64,000 nt of DNA from a virus (IMGVR_UViG_3300034196_000019:26623-90622), one strand, 5' to 3'; counted from the stretch's first letter, positions 9,386 through 20,292 are shown. Notes: generated by a model from the sequence alone, not told the origin. Numbers and translations are program-made.

Positions 9386-10171
9386 TTATTTTACAAGATG
9401 TGCATATTGACTCCATGGACCGACAAGCTTGAGTAGCACTGACTTAGCCTTGTTTGTCTTCCAGTCAGATTTAAGCTGCCTCACGTAGATACCTGTTAGC
9501 TCTAGATTGAAACTCTCTTGCACACTCTCTAGGATTTCTTCAGTAGACACATAGAAATTGTCAGCAATAAACTTCTTGACTTCTTCGCTCACCTTTAGTA
9601 CAGATTTGTGTGGTCTAAAGAGTGCTGCATAGTTGTCACCAACCAAGTGATACCTTTTTCTAATAGTGCTAGGAGCAAAACCTAGTTCTCTGCTGTGCTC
9701 AGTCAGGCTGACGAGTTCTCCGTTAACAGTTATCCGAATAGTGTCCTCTTTATTCAACCCCTGCTTTTCTTTCTCAATCCAGATGCAGTTCTCTTTAGAG
9801 TATCCAAGATTTACATCCTTTCTCTCTATAGACAACCCTGGAGAATAAGTATCTAGCATGTCTTCCTTAAACTTATCCCAGGATAGCCAACTATCACACA
9901 CTTTAATACCCCTACCACCATACCTATGATAATACTCACTGCCTTGGTTATTACAACGATCAAGCATTTTCAAATAGATATGGTTCAACAAGCTACCAGT
10001 GTTACTTTGGTCCCCGTTCCTGCGCTTAGGTAGGTAATCTACGTTGAACCCCTTAAGATACTTCCTATTACACAGCTTGCAGTAGTTTTGGTAACCATCA
10101 TTACCTCTTGACCACCTGCTAAACTCTGCAACAGGCTTAGTATCCTTACAACCTGTACACTTTTTATTCAT
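9386..10171 (-). CDS. Free-standing HNH-family homing endonuclease with N-terminal zinc finger
   Basis: CTGC...CKLC; YGGRGIKVCDSW; SIERKDVNLGYSKENCIW. Confidence 0.85.
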   Translation of the reverse strand: MNKKCTGCKDTKPVAEFSRWSRGNDGYQNYCKLCNRKYLKGFNVDYLPKRRNGDQSNTGSLLNHIYLKMLDRCNNQGSEYYHRYGGRGIKVCDSWLSWDKFKEDMLDTYSPGLSIERKDVNLGYSKENCIWIEKEKQGLNKEDTIRITVNGELVSLTEHSRELGFAPSTIRKRYHLVGDNYAALFRPHKSVLKVSEEVKKFIADNFYVSTEEILESVQESFNLELTGIYVRQLKSDWKTNKAKSVLLKLVGPWSQYAHLVK

Positions 10172-10181
10172 AATTCCCCTA

Positions 10182-11870
10182 TCACTGACAAACTACACAT
10201 TCCCCATTTGAACCCTGTACACCAGCCATCCCGTAAATATAGTACAACCCGTGGATATCCTCATCCTCAATTGCTGTCTGATGCAGGCGCGCAATCTCAT
10301 CCTCAGAGCTTTCCGAAGAGATGTATAGGTTTAGGCTCTGCCATTGGCACAAATGCCGCCCCCGCTGTGCTGCTTGTCGTAAGATAGCATACTGATCAAT
10401 CTCAAAGGAGGTTTTGAACACTTGCTTCACTTCATCAGACAACCAAGAAACCTTTTGTACGCTCCCCATTGCTTCCCGTACTTCTTTGATACGTTCTTTA
10501 GTGTACAGACCATTAGCTTTAAGATAGTCCAAGAACACTGGGTTTACTCGATCAATCTCCCCCGCTGCTGTACGCTGCGTCTTAACCATTGCATCGTCTG
10601 GGTTAATACCCTCAGAGCAACCGCCCATAATCAGGGCTGTGGATTTTGTTGGAGCGATTGCAAGACGGTGTGTATTAGCTACACCATACCCTTTACACCA
10701 CAATGGCTCACCGTACACGCTAGCAATCCACTTGGAGGCTTCCAGGCTATCATCTTTCAGCTTCTTAAAGATCTTATTGTTAAGGTACAAAGCGTCAAAG
10801 GATTCAAATGGAAGCATTTTCATCTGATACAGCGTGGATAGACCGCAAGCCCCCAATCCCAATGCACGGCTATTCTTAGTAAAAGCTACAGCCTTTTCTA
10901 GCCCTGAGATATTCTTAGCTTTCTCAATAAACTCTTGTGCCACACAATCTAAGAATACAGTGGAGATAAATACTGCATCTGTATCTTTCCATTCGTCCCA
11001 CTTAGCAAGGTTCATACTCGCAAGAACACAAGTATAAGTGAAGTCCTTACTACTGTGTAGACAAATCTCATTACAGAGCTGTGCAGCTTTAACATCCAAT
11101 CCAAGGTCTACATACATTTGAGGACGACGACGACCCACCTTACTAGGAAAAAACATGTACCCTTTGCCTGTTACCATCTTGGTCTTTTGCAGTTTCTTGA
11201 ATCGGAGGTTTATTTCCTCATTCCCCTGGTTAGCAAGCTCTGTATCAGAGTCATACCAGTTCCAACCAATGTTAACACCGTCATCGTGTGCTGCAAGGTA
11301 GTCACACACCTCATGGAAGTCACCATGAGAGATTGGCAGATAAGTGGCACAACTACCGCGTCGTGCCGTCCCCTGGGCTACATATTCCATATCTTTCACC
11401 AAGCCTTCAATAACAGGAAGAACACCCGAAGACTTACCACCTGCTTCGATTGTAGCGCCTCGTGGTCGGATATCCCCAAGATAACCTGAAGTACCAAAAC
11501 CATGCTTGGTCAGGATTGCAATCTCATGTTTTGCTTTGTAGATGCCATCAATACTATCAGGGAAATAACTACCAGCACAGCTAACAGGAAGACCACGAGT
11601 AGTACCAGTATTAGATAGGATTGGAGTGGACGGGGACAACCAACCTTTCCACATAATATCAAAGAACTTATCTTTCCACACCTCTGGTTCTGGTGTATGT
11701 ACAGCAAGAGTGGAGGCAATCCGCATATATTGTTCCTTAGGGTGATCTGCTTTATACAGATACTTCTCCTTAAAGAGCTGCCAACTAGCTGTAGACCAGT
11801 GTGCGGGAATAGTACCATCTTGCTGCATCTTCTTACGTTCTTTACTTAGAGTCTCATAACTAGTTGTCAC
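10182..11870 (-). CDS. nrdA: Ribonucleotide reductase class I alpha subunit
   Basis: SPSTPILSN, PVSC, QLCNEI active site, AIAPT, C-terminal YY and CVVCQ; GTG start overlaps the nrdB stop. Confidence 0.95.
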   Translation of the reverse strand: MTTSYETLSKERKKMQQDGTIPAHWSTASWQLFKEKYLYKADHPKEQYMRIASTLAVHTPEPEVWKDKFFDIMWKGWLSPSTPILSNTGTTRGLPVSCAGSYFPDSIDGIYKAKHEIAILTKHGFGTSGYLGDIRPRGATIEAGGKSSGVLPVIEGLVKDMEYVAQGTARRGSCATYLPISHGDFHEVCDYLAAHDDGVNIGWNWYDSDTELANQGNEEINLRFKKLQKTKMVTGKGYMFFPSKVGRRRPQMYVDLGLDVKAAQLCNEICLHSSKDFTYTCVLASMNLAKWDEWKDTDAVFISTVFLDCVAQEFIEKAKNISGLEKAVAFTKNSRALGLGACGLSTLYQMKMLPFESFDALYLNNKIFKKLKDDSLEASKWIASVYGEPLWCKGYGVANTHRLAIAPTKSTALIMGGCSEGINPDDAMVKTQRTAAGEIDRVNPVFLDYLKANGLYTKERIKEVREAMGSVQKVSWLSDEVKQVFKTSFEIDQYAILRQAAQRGRHLCQWQSLNLYISSESSEDEIARLHQTAIEDEDIHGLYYIYGMAGVQGSNGECVVCQ

Positions 11871-12862
11871 TTTTTCACCACCCATCCAAAACCGTTAAGA
11901 TCCCAATCACGGGAATATTGATTACCCTTGCTGCTAAAGAAGTCCTGAGAAGAGTAACCGCTAATACCTTTGTAGAACCAATCTCCAATGGGGTTATACT
12001 CTACATTATAAATAGGTTCATAACCAAGGTTAGCTAGGCACAAGTCAATCCGACTCTTAGCGAACACCTCAAGTTGATGAGGGGTAATACCGTCAATCTT
12101 ACCTTTCTCAAAGATCTTAGCAATAATAACTTGTTCATGCTCAAGAACAACTTTAGCTGCCTCTACAATATCCTCTTTCAAGGACTGTTCTTGTTCTGGT
12201 GTAATCTCTCCAGCTTCTCGTTTCTCGTGCAACAGTGTACGGAACAACCAAGCTGCTGCAACAGAGTGAAGATGTTCATCACGGGCCGAGAAGTTAATAC
12301 CACTTACAGTGTTTACAAGTTTGTTCTTACCCTGCATTTGAAAGTGCTTCAAGAATGCAAAGCTAGAATATAGGATAGCACCTTCACCAAACGTAAAGCC
12401 GCCCAATGCCCGGAGGTCATCCTTGTTCTCTAGTGTGTCAGTCAAATAATCAATACGAGCTTTAAGCTCAGGATCTTTTGTATATTCTTCATAAAACTCA
12501 TCTGTAGCAATACCAAGCTCTTCGTTCAAGGCTTTGTAGAAGAATTGGTGGATGCCCAGTTCCACTGCACCAAAGGTAGCCGCCATTGGTTGGATATCAG
12601 CAGGACGTGGAAACTTCTTCATTACAAAGTTAATCCAGAACTCTGAACCAATAATCTGCTCATACTTAGTAAAGATGCGGAGTGTTGTAATTACACCGTG
12701 CTTTTCTTGCGGTGTGAGGTTAACAAGAATATCTTGCTTGTCCTTATACACCTTAACTTCAAAGTGAGGCCAGTATACAGCTTGCTGGGAATTCATAAAC
12801 TCAATTGCTTCTGGATAATCTACTGTAAATGTAGTCTTCAGAGTCTGCATACGTACTGTCAT
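11867..12862 (-). CDS. nrdB: Ribonucleotide reductase class I beta subunit
   Basis: Diiron motifs ELGIHQFFY, EGAILYSSF, RDEHLH. Confidence 0.95.
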   Translation of the reverse strand: MTVRMQTLKTTFTVDYPEAIEFMNSQQAVYWPHFEVKVYKDKQDILVNLTPQEKHGVITTLRIFTKYEQIIGSEFWINFVMKKFPRPADIQPMAATFGAVELGIHQFFYKALNEELGIATDEFYEEYTKDPELKARIDYLTDTLENKDDLRALGGFTFGEGAILYSSFAFLKHFQMQGKNKLVNTVSGINFSARDEHLHSVAAAWLFRTLLHEKREAGEITPEQEQSLKEDIVEAAKVVLEHEQVIIAKIFEKGKIDGITPHQLEVFAKSRIDLCLANLGYEPIYNVEYNPIGDWFYKGISGYSSQDFFSSKGNQYSRDWDLNGFGWVVKK

Positions 12863-13119
12863 TTGTATTCCTTAGCAAGCTCAAGAATTTGAGCCACTGC
12901 ATCGTTACTAGAACCACGAACAATATCAATTGGCAACTCACCGCCCTTACCATAAAATGCTGTAACTGGAATGGCCCGGATACCAAGAGCATACGCCTCT
13001 TCCATAACATCTGAATCCATAATATCCTTCACATCAAAAGGAATATTATTACTCTCCAAGACAGATTTAACTACTTTGCAACCTGCACAATTATCCGCGC
13101 TGAAAATTGAAATACTCAT
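12859..13119 (-). CDS. Glutaredoxin/NrdH-like redoxin
   Basis: CAGC motif, GIRAIP cis-Pro loop, adjacent to nrdB. Confidence 0.85.
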   Translation of the reverse strand: MSISIFSADNCAGCKVVKSVLESNNIPFDVKDIMDSDVMEEAYALGIRAIPVTAFYGKGGELPIDIVRGSSNDAVAQILELAKEYK

Positions 13120-13125
13120 TACGCC

Positions 13126-13550
13126 TTACTCCTTACAAGCAATATTTACATTAGATACATTGTTCATCATTTTAGCTTGTGTTGCTTCTGCTACATTGTG
13201 GATGTTGTTCAAAGCTAGCATACACCCTACACGACTAATCTCACTCTTTGTTGATCGTACCATGTCTTCTACAGCCATGCCATTACGAATCCAATAATCA
13301 TCTACGCGTTCCTTGAACACTACTCGTGGGCCTCTATCCACTTGCCCACTAAATCGACTACGATGCAAACAATCTGTAATCTCCCAACCTGTGCTCAAGT
13401 CAGCACCCATCTCATGTAGCACTTGTTCAAACAATTTCTCATCTTGCCCCACCCATGCTGCTTCCCAATCTTTGTGGTATTCCAAGTCTAGGAAAGACAA
13501 GTATTGATCAAAGAGGTAGGCTTCTGGTTTGCTGCTGCTTTCGTTACTAC
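13126..13550 (-). CDS. Conserved phage hypothetical protein
   Basis: About 140-aa ORF inside the thyX-nrd operon. Confidence 0.7.
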
Positions 13551-14474
13551 TCATTTAATACAAGCCTCCATCTTTAAATTATTAGGAATTAATTGGCGAT
13601 GTTGAATGAATCCTTTGAAGTTACTAGACCAGAAGTTACCAGTCCTATCTACGTGCGTAATACCAGCTTTCCAACTCTTAGGGTACACAGTGCTGTTAAC
13701 CATTTTCTCCCCATACCCTTCATTGTAATTCTGCATTGGGGTTGCTTGGTGTTCAAATGGCGAGGCGTGAACTGGCTCACTCACAACAAGGCGCTCATAA
13801 ATACGCTTAGCTTTCTCAAGAGTATCATCTAAAGAACGAAAGCTCACTTGAGCACAGCAGCTAGCAGAAATAGCTAGAGCATCTTCCAAAGGGATACCAC
13901 AGCCTTTCAGCCAATATCCCTCACCAAAATATGGTGTATGCCAATCAACAGAAGACAATTGTACAGGATCTTCTTTCTCAAAGCAATCCAGCATCACTTC
14001 AGCAAGACGTTTAATCTCAGGCTGAGCATCTTCATGATTACGAAGCTAGAAGAAGTTCCCAAACTCTGTAGCTGTAAGCACAGTTTTCATTGTTTGGAAC
14101 GGCTCAAGAATACGGTTTACAATCTGTTTGTGAGCACCACAGTCGGACATAAAACTTGCGCTGTCAGCAGCATTCATAGCTGCAAGAAACCACTCACCCT
14201 TTACATCAACTCGATCAACACCATAAAGCTCTTCTTTGGCCTGCATACCAGATTTATTCTTGCCCCAATGAATTGGCGTTGCTGGGTCATTCCGTACTTG
14301 TTCAATCATCTTCTCAATTGGAACAGCTCGACTACTCATAGCATTACGACTGAATACACGATGGGTCATAAGTTCAGAATGCAGGAATCGAGGATATTCA
14401 AGTTCAAAGGTTGCAATCTTCTGTTTATTTGGTGCTTGTGAATATGCAATCAATTTGGCGCTAATATTACTCAC
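13551..14474 (-). pseudogene. thyX: Flavin-dependent thymidylate synthase interrupted by an in-frame TAG (14046-14048)
   Basis: ELMTHRVFSRNAMSSR, HKQIVNRILEPF, NFF*LRNHEDAQPEI and HASPFEHQATP all lie in one frame. Confidence 0.9.
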
Positions 14475-14496
14475 ATTTTCTCCTATTATTTATTAA

Positions 14497-14550
14497 AGGA
14501 AACTCTTATCTTGGACGAGCATTATATCAGAGTTTCCTATTTCTTTCACT
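14497..14550 (-). promoter_or_regulatory. Extended -10 promoter enclosed by a 10-bp inverted repeat upstream of thyX-nrd
   Basis: AGGAAACTCT (14497-14506) / AGAGTTTCCT (14529-14538) flank TGATATAAT. Confidence 0.55.
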
Positions 14551-14667
14551 GGTTATTTATTAGGCTCTTTCATTCGTTGTTCATATTCTTCAGGGGCTCT
14601 TCCTGAACCAAGAAACCATATTGATTATAGATTGCTTTCCTAACCTTGGCCTCGTTTTTAATTTCCT

Positions 14668-15048
14668 TCATGCTTTCTTACCCTCCGCAAGCATACGATT
14701 CTCAAGTTTATGATCCAAGCGAATCTTATTGTAAGCTAGCTTTTCCTCTGTAGCTCCAGCCAGATCATAGCCCTCATGACCACAAAGATCAAGTATACGA
14801 ATGAAAGCATCGGCTAATTCTACTTCCACCATTTTACGATGTGGGAGCTTATCATCCATAAGGTTTTTACGTACACCCTCAAGGGCTTCTGACACTTCAC
14901 TGTGAATCAATGCTAGCTTAGCAAGAATCTCTGTGACATCACCTTTAGGCTTAGGCTCACCTGTGTAGATGTTAGTCCACCAGCCAGAGGCTACGTTATC
15001 AGCATATACTTGTCCTTGAAGGTCTGTGATTGCTTGTTTGTAGCTCAT
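14668..15048 (-). CDS. MazG-like NTP pyrophosphohydrolase
   Basis: LALIHSEVSEALE...EVELADAFIRILD. Confidence 0.85.
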   Translation of the reverse strand: MSYKQAITDLQGQVYADNVASGWWTNIYTGEPKPKGDVTEILAKLALIHSEVSEALEGVRKNLMDDKLPHRKMVEVELADAFIRILDLCGHEGYDLAGATEEKLAYNKIRLDHKLENRMLAEGKKA

Positions 15049-15617
15049 TTAGCTTTCTCCTGTACCAATACACGGTTAGCAAAGAATACAAGTTTCTCTG
15101 CATCATAAACACTATTGTTGCCTTTCTTCTTTAATCCTTTACGATCAGCAGCAATACGCCAAACTGCTTTAAGGAGATTACCCTCCGCAAAGGTAAGACC
15201 TAGGGCTTCAATGATATCGTTAGCCTCAGCGGAGTATGGGGTTTCTTGTGTAGTGGGATTATCCACCTTTACTTTGTAATAATCAACTGAGCTGCCTGTA
15301 TATTCCTCTTTAGGTTCTTCTGACAAATCACCAAACACAAGATTACCAGTTTCAGGATTACGTGTGCAAGGGGAGATTACTTCTTTTGTGTCTCGGTATG
15401 CAGGAGAAATTGGTCGTAGATTTTTACTCGCCCAAGGCCAATTAGTATTCAATGTACGACAAACCGCACCTCTTGTACTGATCCAGTATCCATTGTCTTC
15501 ATCAGCCAGGAGCTTCTCAACCACAGGAAGGATGGTTCCTTTCTTAATTGGTTGATATGTATCATCATAAGCATCATTTATTACTTGTACATAATCCCCA
15601 ACTTTAAAATATGTCAA
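15045..15617 (-). CDS. DUF3310/T7 gp1.7-like nucleotide-kinase-domain protein
   Basis: DIIEALGLTFAEGNLLKAVWR...YDAEK. Confidence 0.65.
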   Translation of the reverse strand: MTYFKVGDYVQVINDAYDDTYQPIKKGTILPVVEKLLADEDNGYWISTRGAVCRTLNTNWPWASKNLRPISPAYRDTKEVISPCTRNPETGNLVFGDLSEEPKEEYTGSSVDYYKVKVDNPTTQETPYSAEANDIIEALGLTFAEGNLLKAVWRIAADRKGLKKKGNNSVYDAEKLVFFANRVLVQEKAK

Positions 15618-16183
15618 TTTACTTTCTCCTTTTGTTTGTTCAAATATTTATCACAAAACTCTTCAGTATTAATGCTATCCCAATCTTGAATCACAGAGCT
15701 TACAGGGATATCAATCGTTTGTCTATAAGATGTATTGAAAAGAATCCTCTTCTCTGGATCAAACCCTTCAAGATTTTCTAAGCGATCATCAATAATAGCA
15801 ACTAATGAATCATTCATCAACCATTTCTCTTTAGTCGCCATGTATCCAGCCATAAATGGGAAATGCTGCTTTAACCAATAATACTTAGACTTCCCATGTG
15901 TACCTTTGCCAACAGAGATAAATACAATATCAAAGAATTGGCTTAGCTCTTTGAGCTTGTCCACAGAGCCGGCTAGGGGCTCAAATTGTCTGTAGTCCAG
16001 AGTACGCCAATATTCAAAAGGCTCGGGGTGGTCGAAGTATGTAGATAGGTTATATTCAATTCCATCCTCTAGGTATTTACCTTTAATCCTTTTAGAATTA
16101 GCAAATAGCCATTCCAACCAACCCTCATCACTTGGACACACTGTTAAATCAACATCTATGCCCAAGAGTGGTTTATGTTTCAT
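15614..16183 (-). CDS. HAD-family 5'(3')-deoxyribonucleotidase
   Basis: DVDLT motif I, KYYWLKQHFP, IIDD motif. Confidence 0.8.
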   Translation of the reverse strand: MKHKPLLGIDVDLTVCPSDEGWLEWLFANSKRIKGKYLEDGIEYNLSTYFDHPEPFEYWRTLDYRQFEPLAGSVDKLKELSQFFDIVFISVGKGTHGKSKYYWLKQHFPFMAGYMATKEKWLMNDSLVAIIDDRLENLEGFDPEKRILFNTSYRQTIDIPVSSVIQDWDSINTEEFCDKYLNKQKEKVN

Positions 16184-16194
16184 ACTAGGGCTTC

Positions 16195-17157
16195 CTATTT
16201 CTTACGGCCTACCCAACGACCATCTTTAATCACCATTGGCTCCAACACCGGCTGGCTGTCAATAATAAGACCAGTACCAATAATTGGCCGGCGAAGGTTG
16301 CAGTTATTGTAACTAAAAGCATAAGCCTCATCATCAATCAAGCAACCACATTGCAGACCAAAGTAGAGCCCACTGGAATTGCCCCAGTAGTCAATCTTGA
16401 ACTTTTCATGAAAATGCCCAGCCACTGCTGAGGACCCAGAAATCTGACTAGTCTTAATTACATCATTACTCCGACCATGATGCACATTACAGAGCGTACC
16501 ATTTGGAAGCTTAATATTTAGCTCGTAGCTCCACTTCCAACCCTGGGAAACATTCAACATTTCATTGTAGCTTTTGATGTAATGTCGAGGAATACCATTT
16601 GTTTTAGCTTTACGCCAGATCAGGCTACCATGGTTTGATTCGATAATATCCATAACTGGGAACATGTTATGAAGTTGTTTAATCACTGGCAATGCTTGAC
16701 GAATCTCATCCCCCGCAGATGGCAAATCGGCATCATGATCATGGAAACTCAAGGCGTGGCCGTCAACCTCATCACCCAAACAGATAACTCGTGTTGGGTT
16801 GTACTTTTCTTTAAGGTGTTGCAGGAATTCTAGAGCATCTTGGTGGTGATACGGAATATGCAGATCACTGATAAACAGAATACGAGAGTTATCTTCTCCT
16901 GCGTCCTTACGACGAATTGAATGCTGGGCAACCTCTGATTTAGTAAGTGCAGCTTTAGGCTTATTTACTTCAAAGCTGCAACTAATAGGATTAAAGTCAA
17001 GATTACCAGCATTGATCTTTGCAATAACATCATTCACCGAGCTTTTACCTTTATCAAGACGAGCTGCAATTTGACGGCTGCTGTAGCCTAGACGATGCAA
17101 ATCAAACGCTTCACGATGCCACTCTTTCAGAACAAACACACACTTATTATCAGTCAT
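16195..17157 (-). CDS. Calcineurin-like metallophosphoesterase with N-terminal HTH
   Basis: SDLHIP, LGDEVD, SNH, HHG, GHFH; GYSSRQIAARLDKGKSSV. Confidence 0.85.
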   Translation of the reverse strand: MTDNKCVFVLKEWHREAFDLHRLGYSSRQIAARLDKGKSSVNDVIAKINAGNLDFNPISCSFEVNKPKAALTKSEVAQHSIRRKDAGEDNSRILFISDLHIPYHHQDALEFLQHLKEKYNPTRVICLGDEVDGHALSFHDHDADLPSAGDEIRQALPVIKQLHNMFPVMDIIESNHGSLIWRKAKTNGIPRHYIKSYNEMLNVSQGWKWSYELNIKLPNGTLCNVHHGRSNDVIKTSQISGSSAVAGHFHEKFKIDYWGNSSGLYFGLQCGCLIDDEAYAFSYNNCNLRRPIIGTGLIIDSQPVLEPMVIKDGRWVGRKK

Positions 17158-18117
17158 ACGCTCTCATTCTCCCCTTTAAATTTATTGATAATACCTACAA
17201 CTTTCTCTTGAAGCCTCTCGTCTTCACTATAGGAATATTCAGAAGTACTTACCATTACACCAGAAGAGCCATCACTAAGAGGTAAGATATTCCAGATATA
17301 CGAAGAGTCTGCATAGTAGCGACTTAGCTCATTGCAAACTGCTTCCTCAATCTCTTCCTCCTTATCTACTGAGATAAGATGGTAAACACTTTCAGTCTCA
17401 AACCAGATAGCTACACTCACAATTTCTCTCCTTTCAATTCTGACTTTAGTCGGAGTACAAGCTCCACAAGCTCTTCATTCATAGCAAGAACAGCGTCCAA
17501 TGTACGTTGCTTCTGGAATACACTTTCTTTATGGAAGCCATCAGAGATAATAGCATTCTTTTCTTTCCAAGAGGATAGCTCATCTGTGTAATGATTATCT
17601 GACATTGCGCTTGGAATGTTTTGTTTGCTGAACATTTGGATTACGTTAGATGAAGTCATTATTAATAATCTCACACTCTTCCTCGGTTAGTACAGTAATC
17701 TTACCTATATCATTAATTACACCGAATAGGTGTTGATATCGAGGCAAAGGATTATGGACAATATAAGTTACGCCTGGCGTCAGATGATTACGTCCTTCTG
17801 GTCCAATATATTTAACTTTCATCTCTATCCTCTCTGCATCAATATATTCATAATGAGCCAATAGTCTCTCACACATATTATCATCTAAGATGGCGATGTG
17901 GTTAGCTCCGTATTTACCAAGTACAAAATATTCCTTCCCTTGCTGGATGTCAACAAGGGAGATTAAAGAAATAATTGTACTAGCTATTTCAGCTTTCATT
18001 TAAACTAAATGATCCACTGGAATACGAGGCATGTTTGGACGAATAAGGCTGCTGTTCCGCTCCAATAAGGATCAAAGAGAGTGATGTAATGTTGTGTTGG
18101 ACTATATAGACGGTTCA
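17154..18117 (-). other. Cluster of small hypothetical ORFs (17154-17420, 17417-about 17660, 17646-17999 with an internally duplicated domain)
   Basis: Overlapping start and stop codons. Confidence 0.6.
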
Positions 18118-18660
18118 TTATTTCTCCTGTTTGATTAGAATATCCACCACTTGTTTCCTACGAGCTTTTGTATTCTTCTCAGGGATTATAGCTCGTTCTT
18201 GCAGGAATGCAAGGATTGTTTTGTCCTTTTCCATTTGGATTGCTTTCTTTGTGGCTACGGCTAGCTCAAAGGATACACCTTGCTTGTCATGATATGCAAG
18301 CGCAGAGTTACACCCTTTACACACGAGCCTCAAATCGTCCTCAGTGACGTACAGAAGACGTTCCACAAACCCCTGGATATCAGAGGTCTTCTGTAGAGAG
18401 CCAGCAGGAACAATGTGGTCTACTTGAGCCTCTTTGATTGTGTATTCCTTGTGGCACAGGCAACACTCAAACCCCCATACCGTCTTCTTATAGCCCTTCC
18501 CAGGGTTGTCAATTTGCTTACGATTCTTGTTGACTACAGCAATCCTTGTGGGATGTCTAGACCATGCTTTGCGTAAACAGCCACGTAAATAGGTGAAGAA
18601 TGCGGTGGAGTTTTTCCACGGACTGTTAGGACTTTCCCACGGCTCCATTCTCTTAGTCAA
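18118..18660 (-). CDS. HNH endonuclease (conserved, exonuclease-linked)
   Basis: CCLC, QVDHIVP, LVCKGCN. Confidence 0.8.
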   Translation of the reverse strand: MTKRMEPWESPNSPWKNSTAFFTYLRGCLRKAWSRHPTRIAVVNKNRKQIDNPGKGYKKTVWGFECCLCHKEYTIKEAQVDHIVPAGSLQKTSDIQGFVERLLYVTEDDLRLVCKGCNSALAYHDKQGVSFELAVATKKAIQMEKDKTILAFLQERAIIPEKNTKARRKQVVDILIKQEK

Positions 18661-19736
18661 TATTGTACTCCTAGCGATCTCAAATAATCAGAAACATGCC
18701 CAACATCCTTTGTAACGTCTGTACGCATCCTCAACAATCGATACATCTCATTCATGTGGTCAATCCACGAGCGTGTTGACACATCTCCACGGAAAGATGT
18801 GAACTCCTTTTGTTCATCTCCATACCAACCCTTATACGCCTCAACAACGCGACTAAATATCTCAACCTCTGTATCGGCACTATCCAAGAAAGATGCTGAT
18901 GTCTTGTCTCCAATCCCTGGCTTAGTAGGCTTACGGATACCATACTTTGCAAATAGATCTATGGGAAGCTGTGGGAGGCCAGGAATAGAATCAATTGTGT
19001 CCCCTTTAAGAAACTGTACAGCCAGATTCTTTGTTGCTTCTAGTGGTGTGATAGGGACAACACCTAGCTCTGGTTTATCAAAGTTGTAATGGAAGCATGG
19101 ATACTGGGATAGATCTTTATCAATATAACAAGCTACAGTGTCTAGCTTATCAAAATCTCCACCAGATCGTTCCCAAGATTCGTGCATAAGAGAGGTGACA
19201 ATCTCATCAGTCTCAACACCATCATGAATCACCATCTGGTCTTTGTACTTCCACAGCATGTATTCTTTCACTTCAGCATGAAGAATTGGCTTAGTAGGAC
19301 GATCTTCTTTGTAAGGAGCGATCTGTGCAATATCGTAGCGAAAGTTAGTGCCTGTACCAAAGCAAATCTTGAAGTCTTTACACCAAGGCTGCTTTGTGAT
19401 TGCTTCAATCTTATTCTTGAATCTACCTTTAACAACTGTCTCTGGAGATACACCGCCGTCTCCCACAAGTTCTACAATGTCCTCTACTTCAAATACGTCT
19501 GGTGTAATCAGAGATAATCCCTTAGCTTCGCGTTTGGCATTGAAATCAGCAAGCCAACCTCCGCTCTTGGCTTTCCAATGACCCCAGAGTTGAGTGCGGT
19601 TATCGAAGGTCATTACTCGTCCTGTGTTCTTCCCTGTCGCCTTGATATGTGTCTTCTGACCAGCTAGTGCGGCGTGGAAGATTAGGGTATCCACGTCGAT
19701 GATGGCTGTACGTTTTACATCACTCACTTCGTCCAC
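18657..19736 (-). CDS. 5'-3' exonuclease (T7 gp6/PIN-like)
   Basis: IIDVD, NFRYDIA...PYK, ETDE, DKDL, GDTIDSIPG. Confidence 0.9.
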   Translation of the reverse strand: MDEVSDVKRTAIIDVDTLIFHAALAGQKTHIKATGKNTGRVMTFDNRTQLWGHWKAKSGGWLADFNAKREAKGLSLITPDVFEVEDIVELVGDGGVSPETVVKGRFKNKIEAITKQPWCKDFKICFGTGTNFRYDIAQIAPYKEDRPTKPILHAEVKEYMLWKYKDQMVIHDGVETDEIVTSLMHESWERSGGDFDKLDTVACYIDKDLSQYPCFHYNFDKPELGVVPITPLEATKNLAVQFLKGDTIDSIPGLPQLPIDLFAKYGIRKPTKPGIGDKTSASFLDSADTEVEIFSRVVEAYKGWYGDEQKEFTSFRGDVSTRSWIDHMNEMYRLLRMRTDVTKDVGHVSDYLRSLGVQY

Positions 19737-19980
19737 TCCTCTCCTGTAAGAACAAGCTCAAACTCTACAACTTTAGCGCTTCTATAATGACCCAAGCGAG
19801 CCATAGCATTGGCTTTTCTTGTATAGATACGTGTACCGGTTGAATAGTTAGCTCGTTTATTACCGTCTGCATCTACAACAATATAGACAAGATTCTTCTT
19901 TTCCATAATATATCTCCTCAAACAAAAATGCCCTCCCTTAAACAGAGAGGGCTACCACAATAATTTACTCTTTAAACGTC

Positions 19981-20292
19981 TTAGTCATCATAACCGCTAA
20001 TCTCTTTGAAGTATTCCTCAAACTCTTCTTGCTCCATTCGCTTATCTACCAACTTCTCAAATGAATTGCCAGCATCCACTTCTGCTGCTTTCAATGTAGA
20101 CTTAACAATCTTCTTAGTCAAGCCAAGTTTATTCAACTCTTTATCGTATGTGAATTCATCAGCAAGGGTACGCAAGTCTTCTTTAAGGACAAGAATCTCA
20201 TTGTGAAGAATACGACCTCGACGGAAGAGATCTTTAGCTTCCTGTGGTTTTGGTTTATCGAACAGCTCGCCTTGCAATACATTATTAGTCAT
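19981..20292 (-). CDS. Small dsDNA-binding protein (T4 DsbA/GapR-like)
   Basis: Helical pattern EILVLKEDLRTLADE...GLTKKIVK; terminator at about 19925-19952. Confidence 0.45.
   Translation of the reverse strand: MTNNVLQGELFDKPKPQEAKDLFRRGRILHNEILVLKEDLRTLADEFTYDKELNKLGLTKKIVKSTLKAAEVDAGNSFEKLVDKRMEQEEFEEYFKEISGYDD

Noticed and set aside
9386-10171. Group I intron or intein associated with the HNH genes or nrdA/pol
   Set aside because: nrdA, nrdB, pol and the tail tube genes are complete and contiguous; the endonucleases are free-standing
11867-12862. Class Ic (Mn/Fe) NrdB because the first ligand appears to be Glu (FTKYE)
   Set aside because: The radical-site Tyr (IHQFFY) is retained, so this is not diagnostic
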